A stretch of DNA of 64,000 bases from Catajapyx aquilonaris (lineage: Eukaryota), in NCBI GenBank assembly GCA_000934665.2, contig KZ537960.1, forward strand, positions 62,001 through 126,000, written 5' to 3'. Below the pieces are notes generated by a model, which worked only from the letters and a program-made list of their open reading frames with translations, had not been told where the DNA came from and ran no database searches. A program made the translations under genes and the position numbers. This document shows, one piece after another, positions 51,801 through 64,000 of the stretch. How positions within the stretch are numbered: the stretch's first letter is position 1; every line of letters starts with the position of its first letter.

Positions 51801-53045
51801 CATTGGTGTTTGCTTCCTCTTGTTCCTTCTGGGGTTGCCCATGGTGTCGCAGGTCAGACACATTTCAACACATCTACTGGTAATCAGTAAACAAAAACAA
51901 TCAACTTTCAGGGAGGAGCCTTCCTGTTCCAACTGATGGACTTCTATTCCGCCAGTGGCATGTCCCTCTTATGGGTTTGCTTCTTCCAAACCATATCCAT
52001 TTCCTGGATATTTGGGGCCACCAGATTCGGCGATTGCATTGAACAGATGACTTCGATCAGGCCCAACAAGTTCTGGTACATCTGCTGGGTGTACCTGGCC
52101 CCATCCGTCATGATGGTAAGCTCTGGTCCAAATTCATCTTATTGTATGTAACATATTTAATATTTTTTTGTAGGGCATCTTCATATTCTTCTGCTTCCAA
52201 TACGAGCCTGTGAAGTATGGGAACACATACGACTATCCCTGGTGGGGTGAGCTAATGGGATTAGGGATGTCTCTCAGCTCAATGCTATGGATTCCTTGCT
52301 ACGCCCTTTATTACGTCTTCACCGGATCGGGGTCCATCATGGAGGTAAGCCTTTTATCCGAGTAATTCTTTTATGCGCAGTTCCACGAGTGGTATTGGAG
52401 TTGGCTTGATGGCAAAATCTAGGTCTAACTGAAGGCCACCTGTGGGCGTGATAATTGACGGAGATAATCATGGGGGTCGAGACGCCAACATCTATAGGCT
52501 TAGACAGCTGTCTAATTCAATCGAAATAATTGCATTCTTGCGTAGTTCGAATTGCTATTTTACAATGGAAATTTAACCGGATCAAGACGTCATAGCCCAT
52601 AAAGAGGCTATCCAAGAATGAGCATTCATTAGGAACATAGTAGCCTTGAGGATTGTAAAGTGCGATTGTTAACAGTTATCTTTTGATGAGAAGTCAGCTT
52701 CAGCCAGAGGCAAACCTGCTGCCAAGTGGCTACAAAAATAGCTGCGACGCAACTCTAATAATTTAATGCAGTCCCACAGACACGTGCCTGAAATAATCTT
52801 CCTAGCATATATCGCAATGCAGCATTTCAGAAATTCTCAGAAAGCCCGCGTACCGGTACCGGTACGTGCATACAACCCATTATGATAGTCTTTCATATAG
52901 TAACTATGTACTCTGTCCACAGAACATTCGCACCGGATTGGTACCCAGCATTGACAAGACGAGGGGCAAACCATTGGACAGCGAAAGGGCAGGGGCCATA
53001 CCACTGTCCGAGAGTAAAGCTGCCCTCGTCTATTCTCACATGTAG
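45896..53045 (+). CDS. SLC6 Na+-coupled neurotransmitter/osmolyte transporter (GABA/taurine-transporter-like), paralog A, 11 coding exons
   Basis: [91 protein letters not shown]. Exons ~45896-46223, 46886-47020, 48353-48481, 48556-48658, 48717-48849, 48908-49146, 51422-51638, 51700-51852, 51911-52115, 52174-52344, 52923-53045. Confidence 0.94.
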
Positions 53046-56000
53046 ACGGCCTTCTTCATCAGTTTCGGTGCAGTCTAGTCACATATTTTATTTTTGAATG
53101 AAATATTATTTTTGTGATGGGCGGACCATCCAGATCGTCTTTCCTGCAACAGGAAGGGATTCAGAGCTACGTACGGTTACAGATCAGTGGCGTCCATCGA
53201 CAGACACGGGTGTGAATCGAGGTTCTCTTGCGACTTTGAATGGACCACATTTTTAACCCTTTTAAGACTGCATCCATCTGCATATGATAAGCAGCACAGT
53301 AGCTCACTCTCGAGCTGATGAAACCCCATACTGGTACCGTTTAATGTTAGATTAGCTGGTAGGGTCGCAATCAGTGTAGTTTGCTTCGTAAAAGTGTCAG
53401 AATTTGACTTTTGATAGTGTTGTGAAGGAGTGAATTATTAGTCGATGCTGGTTGGCTAATAATGGATATGATATTTACGATTGATATTGGCGATTATTTT
53501 CGACTTCAGACACTTTTGATTTTACATGAAATTTTTAGTGACTCCTGTATGTTTTCGTGACTGTACTATAGAGAGGAGCTGTCTGCATGTGGTAATTACT
53601 GTATGGTGTGACAAATGGATGTACTCAACATAGAAAAAAAAATGTTTATGATAACTAGAGATTTTATAAGTGTTTCTTGAGTGGACATTACTGCAGAATT
53701 TACAGTGAGACAATGAGCGATGGCCTTTCAAGAAAAAAGTCATCGACTGTGCAATTAATAATGCTACTCTGGAAAGAACTATTTTTCTGCTCTTATTATC
53801 GGATCCGTCGTAAATGAAATCCTATTTTGTGCCAAACATGCAAAGAAAATAATGATAACAGGTTACTGAAGAATCATATACCCAGATGGAAGGAAATATG
53901 TTGGAACGTGTTACACGAATTTGTACAAATCATATCCAGAGTATATTAAAATGGTGAAATATTGGCTTGATTTTAAACTGCATGTATGTAATGAAGATGT
54001 CAAAAACCTATTGCAATACCACAACTTTCCTCGGAACAGCAGTAAGTGTGGTGAGGTCATGATCGTGTCATATGCATGGGTATAAGTTAGATGGTGACAG
54101 GTGTGTTTAAATAAGAACAGCTTGATCATATTATTGGCTTTTAATGGGAATACCCTGTTTTTTTACGCCAGCAGTTAATTACAACAGAGTTGACATAAGC
54201 TTTGCGCTGTATCAGCGCCTAATGATTACATACAGTCATTATGGTCATCAGCACTTCTTTATTTAGGCTTTAGACCACACATAAGTAACACATGTGACAC
54301 CATACCTTAACTCATTTCTGGCAGCTATATGTGCCAGGGATGCTCCACATTAACCCAGGATTCCGACGGAATAATTGAGACTGTATTCTCTTCATTTTTT
54401 GAGCAAAATCATTGCATCGTGTTGAAACTGTCGAGGAATATTATTATTATTATTGTTGATTTAGTTATTGCCAAATAGGTCGGCCTTATATCTTAGCCTA
54501 TGAGGCTAGAATTGATATTCCGTTTCATCCGAGTTAATGGGAGCTCACGTAACCCTCACTAATTCCGTTGCACAGCAACGAAAGGTTTAGCATTATCTCC
54601 GGGATTCGGATACATGCTCTTTGACACAGGCTCAATCTCCAAATGAGACGAGCGTACGTCGTTTGCATCACCAAGCTGTCCATTAGAAAAGTGAGTGTCT
54701 GGAAAGGAGGCTGGAGATTTTCAGATACAAGATTCAGGCCTACTTTTAAGTGCTTGCTGTTTTGCGGCCACACTTTAGGCCATTGGCACAAAATTCATCA
54801 CCTGAGAACATGTTGTGACATGCAGCATGGGGAAATGGGAGAAGCAGTTGGCACGCCTGTGTCAATATAGGAAAAAGAGCCAATCAGTGTTAGCGTCCTT
54901 TTCTCTACCAATAAGGTCTCATACTTCCTTCCAACCAATCAAGTGCTATCACTTTCTCCAGGAGCTATTCCCCCATGCTGCAGATCACAACTTAGCTGCC
55001 ACACATTATTCACAGGTAGGCCACATCTCTTTCCAGACTGATGTTTTAGAAAGATGCGGGAGAGTTGAGAAAACCGAAGCTATAAAATAGGCAGCAATAG
55101 CACAAGGTCACGATATTCTTACAGCTATAGTTGTGACACTATACACACAATATGTACAAAGAAAAGAAAGTTATACATGTCAATAATATATTATTATTGG
55201 TAGTTGGCACTTGGAAGATGCAGTGCTTCGGAGAAAGTTTCCTATGAGATTCTTGTCAAAATGCTGTGCTGTTTATTCTAGGAAGACTTTATTGCTATTA
55301 ATGACTTTTGTTGTAGTTATGCGTGTGTAATAATGTGCTGGAAATGCCAAACTAATAATGTTTCAGGAATGTTTTTTTCCCACGTATTTGGCGAAGGTTA
55401 TTTGTCAACAAATATTTGGGTACAGTGAAATATTATAACGTAATATTGTTATCGATGAATTTAAATGCATAGCAAGATATATTGTGAAAGTAAATCATGT
55501 ACATTTCGGACTGAAGTTGAAACTGAAAGAATTACTCGCAGGTCAAAATTACGAAAAATAACGGTTTGCCAAGCAGGTCAACTTTGCTGGCTTTCGAGGC
55601 TAAAATCCTGGCATTTTTTGTGCATAAAAAGTACAATAATTTTGTGAATGTGAGCTTTAAGTCTGTAGAATATATTGTCTTAGGTCCACAAGTGGAAAAT
55701 GAGGGTTATCTGCACTACTCCTTAATCCTTGTAAAATGCATGTTGTTCAATTACATTTTCCATATCCAAGGAGAGTTAAATACTTGCTGAGATATCCTCC
55801 ATATAAATAATCTGTCTATAAAATGTACACGTCTGCACCAGGAAACTCTGTCCGAAGCACTGCTGAGATTCACTATAATGAAATAGACTCTTGCAAAAAT
55901 TATCCAAAATGATTGCTCGTCAATCACATGCCAGTCGACCATTCCTTTGATGGAAATTCCTCACTGCAACATGATCGACCTGTTCTGATATGCCACTGGT

Positions 56001-57612
56001 CGATGTCAGACTTTTCACAATTTCGTACAAGATCTGCAAAAATTTTACCAGTGGTAGCCAATACTAACATGTAAAAAGTCATCCAGGCTTGAAAAGACCA
56101 GTGTAATTATTTTTTTTACCCTATGTCCAAACTAATATTGATCCTGTCCATGAGCCTGGTAGTTATGATTGAAAAATGTTCAGCCAGATGCAATGGTGTC
56201 CCAATATTTCTTTGTCAACTTGCGATATTATATGAGATACTTTTTTCCTCGCTTGAGGTGACAGCGACATATGGGTCTTGAGATGGCCTATCCTACTCAC
56301 ACTTTGTAAGCTGTTACTTTTTCAAAGTATCTGTCTCACTAAATGCTTATGTAACTGCTTATTTATTATTAGTGCTTTATTTTCCTCCTACAATAAGTGT
56401 CAGAGTGGAATATTGTTAATCAGCAATTGTATGTGCCATGACAAATACTTCTAAAAAAAAGTAACTGCTTGCAAATGTCTTGCTACAAATGATATACAGT
56501 GCAGCATGATGCGACCCCCTTTGAATAGTTGGGTACACCAGTGATCAAAAGAAAATGCAATGCGAGGAAGTAGTACTTTTGGTCAGCAGTCTTAAAACAG
56601 TTTTGAAAATAATTGCTATTTTTTTATATTACATGATTTTCGTTTAACTTGCGTTTACCAAACAATGAGGCAATAAGACTCAACAACTTTGCCAATTTTT
56701 TCTTTCTTAGGCACATCAGATGGGCACCGTATCACAGCACCAACTTCAGGTAGCCTACGAACGTTGTCTACAGACGTCAGCAAATCCATGCTCGTAAAAA
56801 TTGGGTGTTTTAAAATTGTGAGACTGGTTGCATATGCTGACGTCTGGGATCATATAATAGCATTTATTTTGAGGGTGGCCTGAAACACCACTGCAAGAAC
56901 CTGTGTGAGCTAAAACACTCGTCTTCTATACCCATTGTAGGAGGTGTATCCTGCACCTGCATCTTCCTTATGCACCAACTGAACTTTGAATATATCAATC
57001 TATCAATTATTACAGCTGGTTTCCAATTTTGACAATGCCAAATAGCCACGGTGAATCAGACTCATACTTGTTCATATAGGAATTGGTGCATAAGAGTAGG
57101 TGCAGGAGCAAGGTCAGAACGCAACTGGATGCACAGAAGGGTCAGCAAATCCAATTTCTCAGTGCAAGACTTAAAATAGTGTGTGGTGATTGGTAGATGC
57201 AATTTATATCTCTGGCAGTGAAAAGCGTTTACCTATTAATAAAGATGCAGCAAGGAAGCTGCGTTTGCAATTTTTGAGAGAGAGAGAAAAATAGGACTTG
57301 TTGGCCACCCTGCAACACACTTGCCAACCAGACCTGTCTTTCAGTGATTTCGCCCATAGTTGGGGCCATCTCGAGCATAAATAATAAGACATAAAAATAA
57401 CAAATGGTTTCTAGGCATTCTACAGCACAACTACTCACTCGTGCTACACAGGGACTCATGTGACCCTTCCCCGAAAAACTAGAAACCTGCTGGGGGTTAT
57501 CCAATCCAGCCTTGGGCAACTGGGGGGCCTCTCTTCTCTCATTCTTCCATGCCACTGAGTGCCACGTTGCTGGATCTGATGAGGTGACAGGTGGTGAGGG
57601 GCAAGGAGACAC

Positions 57613-60600
57613 TTATGGAGTGAAGAAGGAGTTGTTCTTGGCTAGAAGACCAGCACTGCTTTCAGACATCGGGATCTGGGGTACCTTGATGTCGTTCTTT
57701 TGGGATTTTGTGCGGTTAGCACATTTAATATTGGGGGTCAATCCTTTCCGAAGATTCTGTAATCAATAGTGTTGATGTTAGGTCCTCATTTTATAGTCAA
57801 AAAATTGTAATGTGTTATTGGAGTAATCGTACCTCCTTGAATGTTCCAGGAGTTGTGATGAGATAGTAGATGGCATATGCGGGAATCCATATCATGGATG
57901 ATATGCTCATTCCGAATCCCATAACTTCAGCCCAGGCCGGATACTGATATTTGTTTCCATAGGTGATGGGCTGATATTGAACACAGTAGAAGATAAAGAT
58001 GCTCTGAAGAAGAAGAGAGTCATGTAGCCCTGTAACATTGTCCAACCATATCAAAAAATAGACTCGGTTATTGTCCTTACCACCATGACCACTGGAGCCA
58101 AACACACCCAGCAAATGTACCAAAACTGGTTGGGTCTGTTTCCTGTCATCTGTTCTATACAGTCGCAAAAGTTCTTGGCTCCGAAGAACCATCCGATAGC
58201 AATGGTCTGGAAGAAGCACACCCACAGGAGGGACATCCCACTGGCCGAGTAAAAGTCCATCAGTTGGAACACATAGGCACCTCCCTAGAAACATCAATTG
58301 ATCATATTACTATCACATTCATAGCCTTCAGTCAGAAGTGTGAGCCTGGAAATTCACAGTACCTGAGTAACCATGGGCAACCCCAACATGAACATGAAGA
58401 CACAGATCGCAAAAGTGAACTTCTTGCGGTGAGGACGAAGGGTTTCTGGCCAGTTGTCCACCACTCCGGTCACAAAAGACTCCACGATGCAGAACTCACT
58501 ATCAATTCCCAGAATCTGCAAGTACAGTGTCACAATCAGAGCTCTGGTCACACCTTTCCAGTGTAACAGTTCAGACAAGTGCACTTACCACCAGCATGAT
58601 GAAGAAGATGACGGCCCAGGCTGGGGCCCCAGGGAGTTTGAGCACAACCTCTGGATATGTGAGAAAGACCAGTCCAGGACCACTCTTGACCACGTCCTGA
58701 ACCTCTGCTTCTTGTATGAGAGCGATGTGTCCCAGGATGGAGAAGGTGACACACCCGGCCAGTAGGCAGGTGAGTGTGTTGACAACGCAGGTGATCAGGG
58801 CGTCTTTGTAGCAGTTGTGGTGGAATTTGTTGTAGGATCCCAGGGCAGGAAGAGCGCCGGTACCAACACTGTAGGCAAAGAAGATCTGTGTGGCTCCGTC
58901 AATCCATGGGCCAGGTCCCAGGAGCATTTCCCATCGGGGGGTGATGTAGTAGAGAAGACCTGTAGACGCACCTTCCAGGGTCACAGCACGACCCAGGAGG
59001 ATGAACAGCACCACATACGGAAACAGGGCAGTGAACCAGATGATCTGTAAGTAACATTGAAAATTGTATGTCCAATGCTGAGTGAATGCTTAGTCAAATG
59101 AATCTAAGCAATATTGGAGAACTTATATGGAGGCACCCTTCAATAACACTTTCTGGAGAGAAAATGAAGCTCCTAAAGAGAAAATGTAACCAATAAAATC
59201 AGGTAAAAATGTTTCCCAATTACTGCGAATCATAAAGTCTTCAACTGCTTTAAAAGTCAGTAATGATTTTACAGTGATTTTATGTGTTATTTTAATATAT
59301 TCTGTACCATGTGATTCTGAATGTTTGTTGCTTTTTAAAAGGATAACAAAGGATTGTTCACTGTGTACACTACACTTCACGAATTGCATAACTTAATGAC
59401 TGAATTGATTCATGAATGTTTGAAATTCCTGTCAGATTTTGATCATGCTGAATTGAAAAACAGTGTTATGTTTTGGTTGATAGAGTAAGCCATAAAGCTG
59501 CCAAGGCAACATACATTTCAGCTAGTGCAGTGACATCTTACATTTCACAATGCCTCTATCACAATCATATTCTACAGTATAATTACCCCAATAATAACTT
59601 GACCATTTCTGACACCACCGGTGTCAGTTCAACGTGTCATTGATTCATTCACCATATGCATCTCTAAAATTGGTTGCATATCACTTTTTCCTCTTCCTAT
59701 GATACCTTAAAATATATGGCAGGCCCAATGGTGACATTTGCGATAAAGTGGAACCATCTCAATGACGCACTGGACTTGAGCAACTGTCAGTGATCCATAC
59801 CATGTTGCTGATCACTGCATTCTTAGAATAATTACCGTACTGCAACATTTCCTCCAGATAATCTAGGGATAGGATTATTGAACCACTAGTTTCTGGTGAC
59901 CTCCGTACCATTTTCGGTTTTTAATATTATTATTATCCACATTCCTGTTGGACCTTACCTTTCCACTCTGATGTAGTCCTCGCCAGATGATTAGATATAC
60001 TAGGATCCATCCTAGAAGTAGGCAACCCACCAGCTCCCACTGCATCCCTCCAAGATTCTCGATTCCATTCGTGATGCTCAACACGCGATGGCTGCAAGGC
60101 AACAAAGATGAGCAATAACAAAATCATTTTCAAATCCAGTCAGTACTGGCTCTGTCAAGACACACAGAAAAAAACAGAACCCAATGCTTGGGCACAAGAG
60201 ATGCTTACTCCCAGTATTCTTCCACAGGAGTTGTGCTGTGGTTGGTACGGATCAGTCCTAGAGGGCCGGAGGTCTCGTTTGTCGCAGGGTTGAAGCAGTT
60301 ATTCGTGTTCCACCAGTTGTCTGCACGGAAGGTAAACAGATTTTTTAAAATGGCGATCAAAATATTTTTTCCACAATATTAATTTGATATTTCTTCAAAA
60401 TTAAAGAGATGTTAAGTTGGTAGCACTTATTATACCAACCTTTTCACCGGAAAAAAACATACATTTTACATCCTGCCTGGGGTTATTTCCTTTTTGGTTC
60501 AGATAAAGTTATCATCGAACCAAAAAGTCACACTTTTCTACTAGATCGAAAATATTACACTTACCACAGTCTTGCCATGGAAGTCCAGGTAAATCAACTA

Positions 60601-63600
60601 AAGAGTTGATGAGGTAGAAAAGGGTCCAGGCTATAATGATGCAGTAGTAGACGTCGAGGAAGAAAACAATCACCATTGTCGCATAGCCAACCCCTGCAAA
60701 TCAATGAAACACACATTTTTATCAGAGAATCACAGGAAACTTGATTTCCTCCTGAGTATTGGTTCGACCCAACCCAGCCTGTCGCGTATTCACTATTCAA
60801 CTCTCAACTTCAGGGTGTCACAGACCCCCCCTTGATTTCTTGCAAGCTAAACAGGCAGTAACTTATAAGGAAAACGCACACATGTCACGGTCCCTTTTGC
60901 CATTAGGAATGGACATGCCAGTTTGCAAATCGTATCCTGCTGTTTGATATTTTTTGAAACGCATATGCTTAATTTTTACGAGACCGACGCGACGTGATAA
61001 ACGTTTGCAACCCTGTATGGTATGTGGCATTGGCGGGATTCTAAAAGTGTAATTGGAGCAAGAGTCTGAAACTGTCTTGACTTTTTGTATGTAAATCCTA
61101 AGGCTCCTTTTCATTGTAAGGTTCTGTAAAAAAATGTTACGATATTTACAGTTTTTTTTCGAGTTTCCAAATCACTTGAGTAATTTGGATGCCCTTCGTG
61201 CGCCATTTTTTATTGCATGTGATAAAAATTGAATTGGCTTATGACCCTCCCAGAGGACATTCGCAGCTGAAATTCTTCCGATTGCATGTATCTCTAAGGA
61301 ATTTGCACGCGAGCTTTTCCGGAAGGCTCGAAGACCTCTGTCGCACAGGGTGAAACACCAAAAAAAAAAGTCAGAAAAAAATAGAACCAAAAATAAATGA
61401 GCCTGCGTGCCTCACGCACCCGGTTTTGTACTAAAGGGAAGGGGGAGCTGTGATTGATGGAGGTTTGAGTTAAACAAAATGTCCAGTCGAACTTTGGTTG
61501 GTTCCTATACCCTCTAATGTCGAAATCTTTAAAAAAAATGTAATTATTTAAAACCCGATTTCCCTTTTGCTCGATCCGGTTTACGATTTAGAGTATTGCA
61601 GCAATGCCTTTGTCTGCTGCATAAAAAATTGCGATGGGGATATACACACACAAAAAAAGAGAGAGGCAATAGGTAAAAAAAAATGAGAAGAAAAGCTCAC
61701 CTTGCAGCATTGGACACAGTTGTCCAACTAGGGTCATTCCTCCAGAACCCAGGTATTGTCCAATGGCCACCTCTTGAAAAAAGATGGGTATTCCACAGAA
61801 TATCATGGCAATACCGTATGTCACCAAAAAGGCGCCTGAAAACAAAAACATATTATGAACACATGCCATCGAGTCATAATGTGGCAGATAAGCATTTGGA
61901 GTAATTAGTCTAATTATATCGGTACCTTAGTTTTTTTAAAAAAGTTACGGAGATAGTTGATATATGTATAGAAAAATCATCGTGAACGTGTGTTCGACAA
62001 AGAGTTGGCGCCGGTTCCAATCATGTTATTTTGGGACCTATCTTGAAACCAGACATCTATCTCAAGTGCGTTTTATGGGGCTCTGCAGTCTCAGTCTTTT
62101 TTATCTTTCCTCTCACAGCTAGCCGAAGAATAATGACCAACAAGTTTTCCTCGTTGTTTAGCTCGGTACTCAACACCAAGGGAACAATGCCACAATACGG
62201 TCATTATGATTTCAAAAGCATGGATGCCAAGCTTCTGATGCAACTGTCCCCAAATATCTTAAAATATACCCAGACGCCATTGATTTTTGAGGAATTCGTG
62301 AAACTTGCCTTTGGAGGAATCGCGGTTTTTCAACCCACAGTGAAAGACATTGTTCTTTAGATCCCTCGAGGAATTTGACAAGATGGAATTCCAGGAGGTC
62401 GTTGCCTCTTACTCCCCCGTCCCGTGGGTAGCTATAGGGAGATGCTGGCCAAAAGGGTAATGATATGATCTATCGAGTCATAGACATTTTTGATAGACCC
62501 TATTTTTCCTCCTGGTGTTGTCATTGTCTGGAGTCTTATCTCATTAACGGTTGGTAAACTTCTTGTATACGACCAGACATGATGTCATACATGCAGACGG
62601 ACGATGAAATCACAGGATTGAACTTGTCATACTGATCCGGCACCATTGTTACTGGCACAAGAATATTCCGATAAAACCATGGCCATTTCCAGTCTGAAAG
62701 TGAAACGGAAGTAGGTTTCGAGTGACCAAGTCGTAAAGGTCAGGTCGGCGGTTCCCATCGAGTCACGGCCACAAAGGTGACAAAGGTCATCTCACGTCCA
62801 CTTTTCCTACTACCAGACGGTGTCGTCTTTCAGTATTGCGCTTCGGTGTCCCCAATCGGACCTGCACCTCTTCAGATCAAGAACCTGCCAAAGGTCACCT
62901 TGTACAGCTGTCCTCGTCTCATTTCAAAGTCCAGTACGGTATTGGCCTGTATAATAATATTGGTCTTCCGGAATATACCTTGTGCCAACTTGACCCCGCA
63001 GAAAGGAGGTCAGCGAAAGGCGATTTCGCCCCCTTCTAATTCCTTTTCTTATACTCAAGTGCTACCACCAAGACTGGGCTGTGTTGGCGGAAGTGTGACC
63101 TTTTCAAACACATGCACGTGGGTGGGATTAGCGTACGCCATGCATAGAAGACACGGTTTTTCCTAGTAATAGAATTAGCAAGTGGGCCATCTATCATATG
63201 TGAGGAGCACACACTTGTCATATTTGTACAAGACTAATGATCTCAGGGGTCAAATATTCTCATTATGCATATCTGGATGTCCTCTTTTAGCATCATCTAT
63301 TTTTTTTAATGGTCATCTTGTCTAATATGAAAGTCAAAGACCGATTTTTTTTTTACCAGCCTAGATATGCATGGTATGTCGCTGCACATGCACATCGGTG
63401 TCCTTCAAAGTGCATAATTGACAAGGTAGTTCAACCTACATTTTGATGCAATCTGGATGGCTTCCTTGTACCGTTACAGGGAACGTCAAGGATTTCAACT
63501 CTTGCATGGTGTGGTATCAAGTCACGCCTTATGTCCTTCCATTCAGACCCATAATGCCCACCTTTCATTCATCAAATTTCCGTGATTACTTACCTCCACC

Positions 63601-63981
63601 ATTTTTGTAGCAAAGGTACGGGAACCTCCAGACATTCCCCAGACCAACAGAGACGCTGATGCAGGAGAAGAGGAAATCCAGCTTATTGCCCCATCCGCCT
63701 CTTTCTTCTTCGGCGGCCTCTGGGTCCTCCTCAGCAGTCTTGGTGACCACCGGCCCCGGGGTGGGCACCAACCCATTAGGTGCCGGCTGGGGGGCTTGAG
63801 ACCCATTGGTCGCTTTCCGCTGCTTGGCCTCAGTTGCCTTGGCACTGGGTGAGGCTGATGGTGCCTTGGTCGGTGAAGAAGCTGCGGTGCTCTTGGCCGA
63901 GAACTCGATGAATGCGTCGTCTGGATCCACAGCCTCTTGCTGACGATGCTCCTCGTCCCAGTAGTACACCTTGGAGGACAT
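57613..63981 (-). CDS. SLC6 transporter, paralog B, 10 coding exons, convergent with paralog A
   Basis: Same TM motifs as paralog A. Exons ~63981-63594, 61835-61701, 60693-60564, 60320-60209, 60091-59959, 59045-58589, 58515-58363, 58285-58081, 58003-57833, 57756-57613. Confidence 0.94.
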
Positions 63982-64000
63982 GGCCCTTGAGCTGTCTCCC

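Overview
This is eukaryotic genomic DNA, most likely from an arthropod, with many short GT-AG introns. Left to right it contains: three tandem Methuselah-like GPCR genes (-); an acidic repeat-containing ORF directly upstream of drosha and possibly spliced into it; drosha (+); TBL2 (-) with an intronless REXO1/GOR-type DEDDh exonuclease nested in intron 2; RAD51C (-); a TRAFD1/XAF1-like zinc-finger gene (+) with two candidate C-termini; TMEM134 (-); and two convergent, paralogous SLC6 transporter genes. It also holds several small non-autonomous mobile elements (a tRNA-derived SINE with target-site duplication, and piggyBac-like, Harbinger-like and CAC..GTG MITEs) and a ~335-bp fold-back just downstream of drosha. 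The most interesting signals cluster at drosha: a possible N-terminal fusion or dicistronic partner decided by two donors 4 nt apart, long inverted repeats in and beside its transcript, a GC-AG intron and a charged insertion. Gene models were built by eye from splice signals and remembered protein motifs. No database searches or folding were run, and exon boundaries may be off by a few bases.
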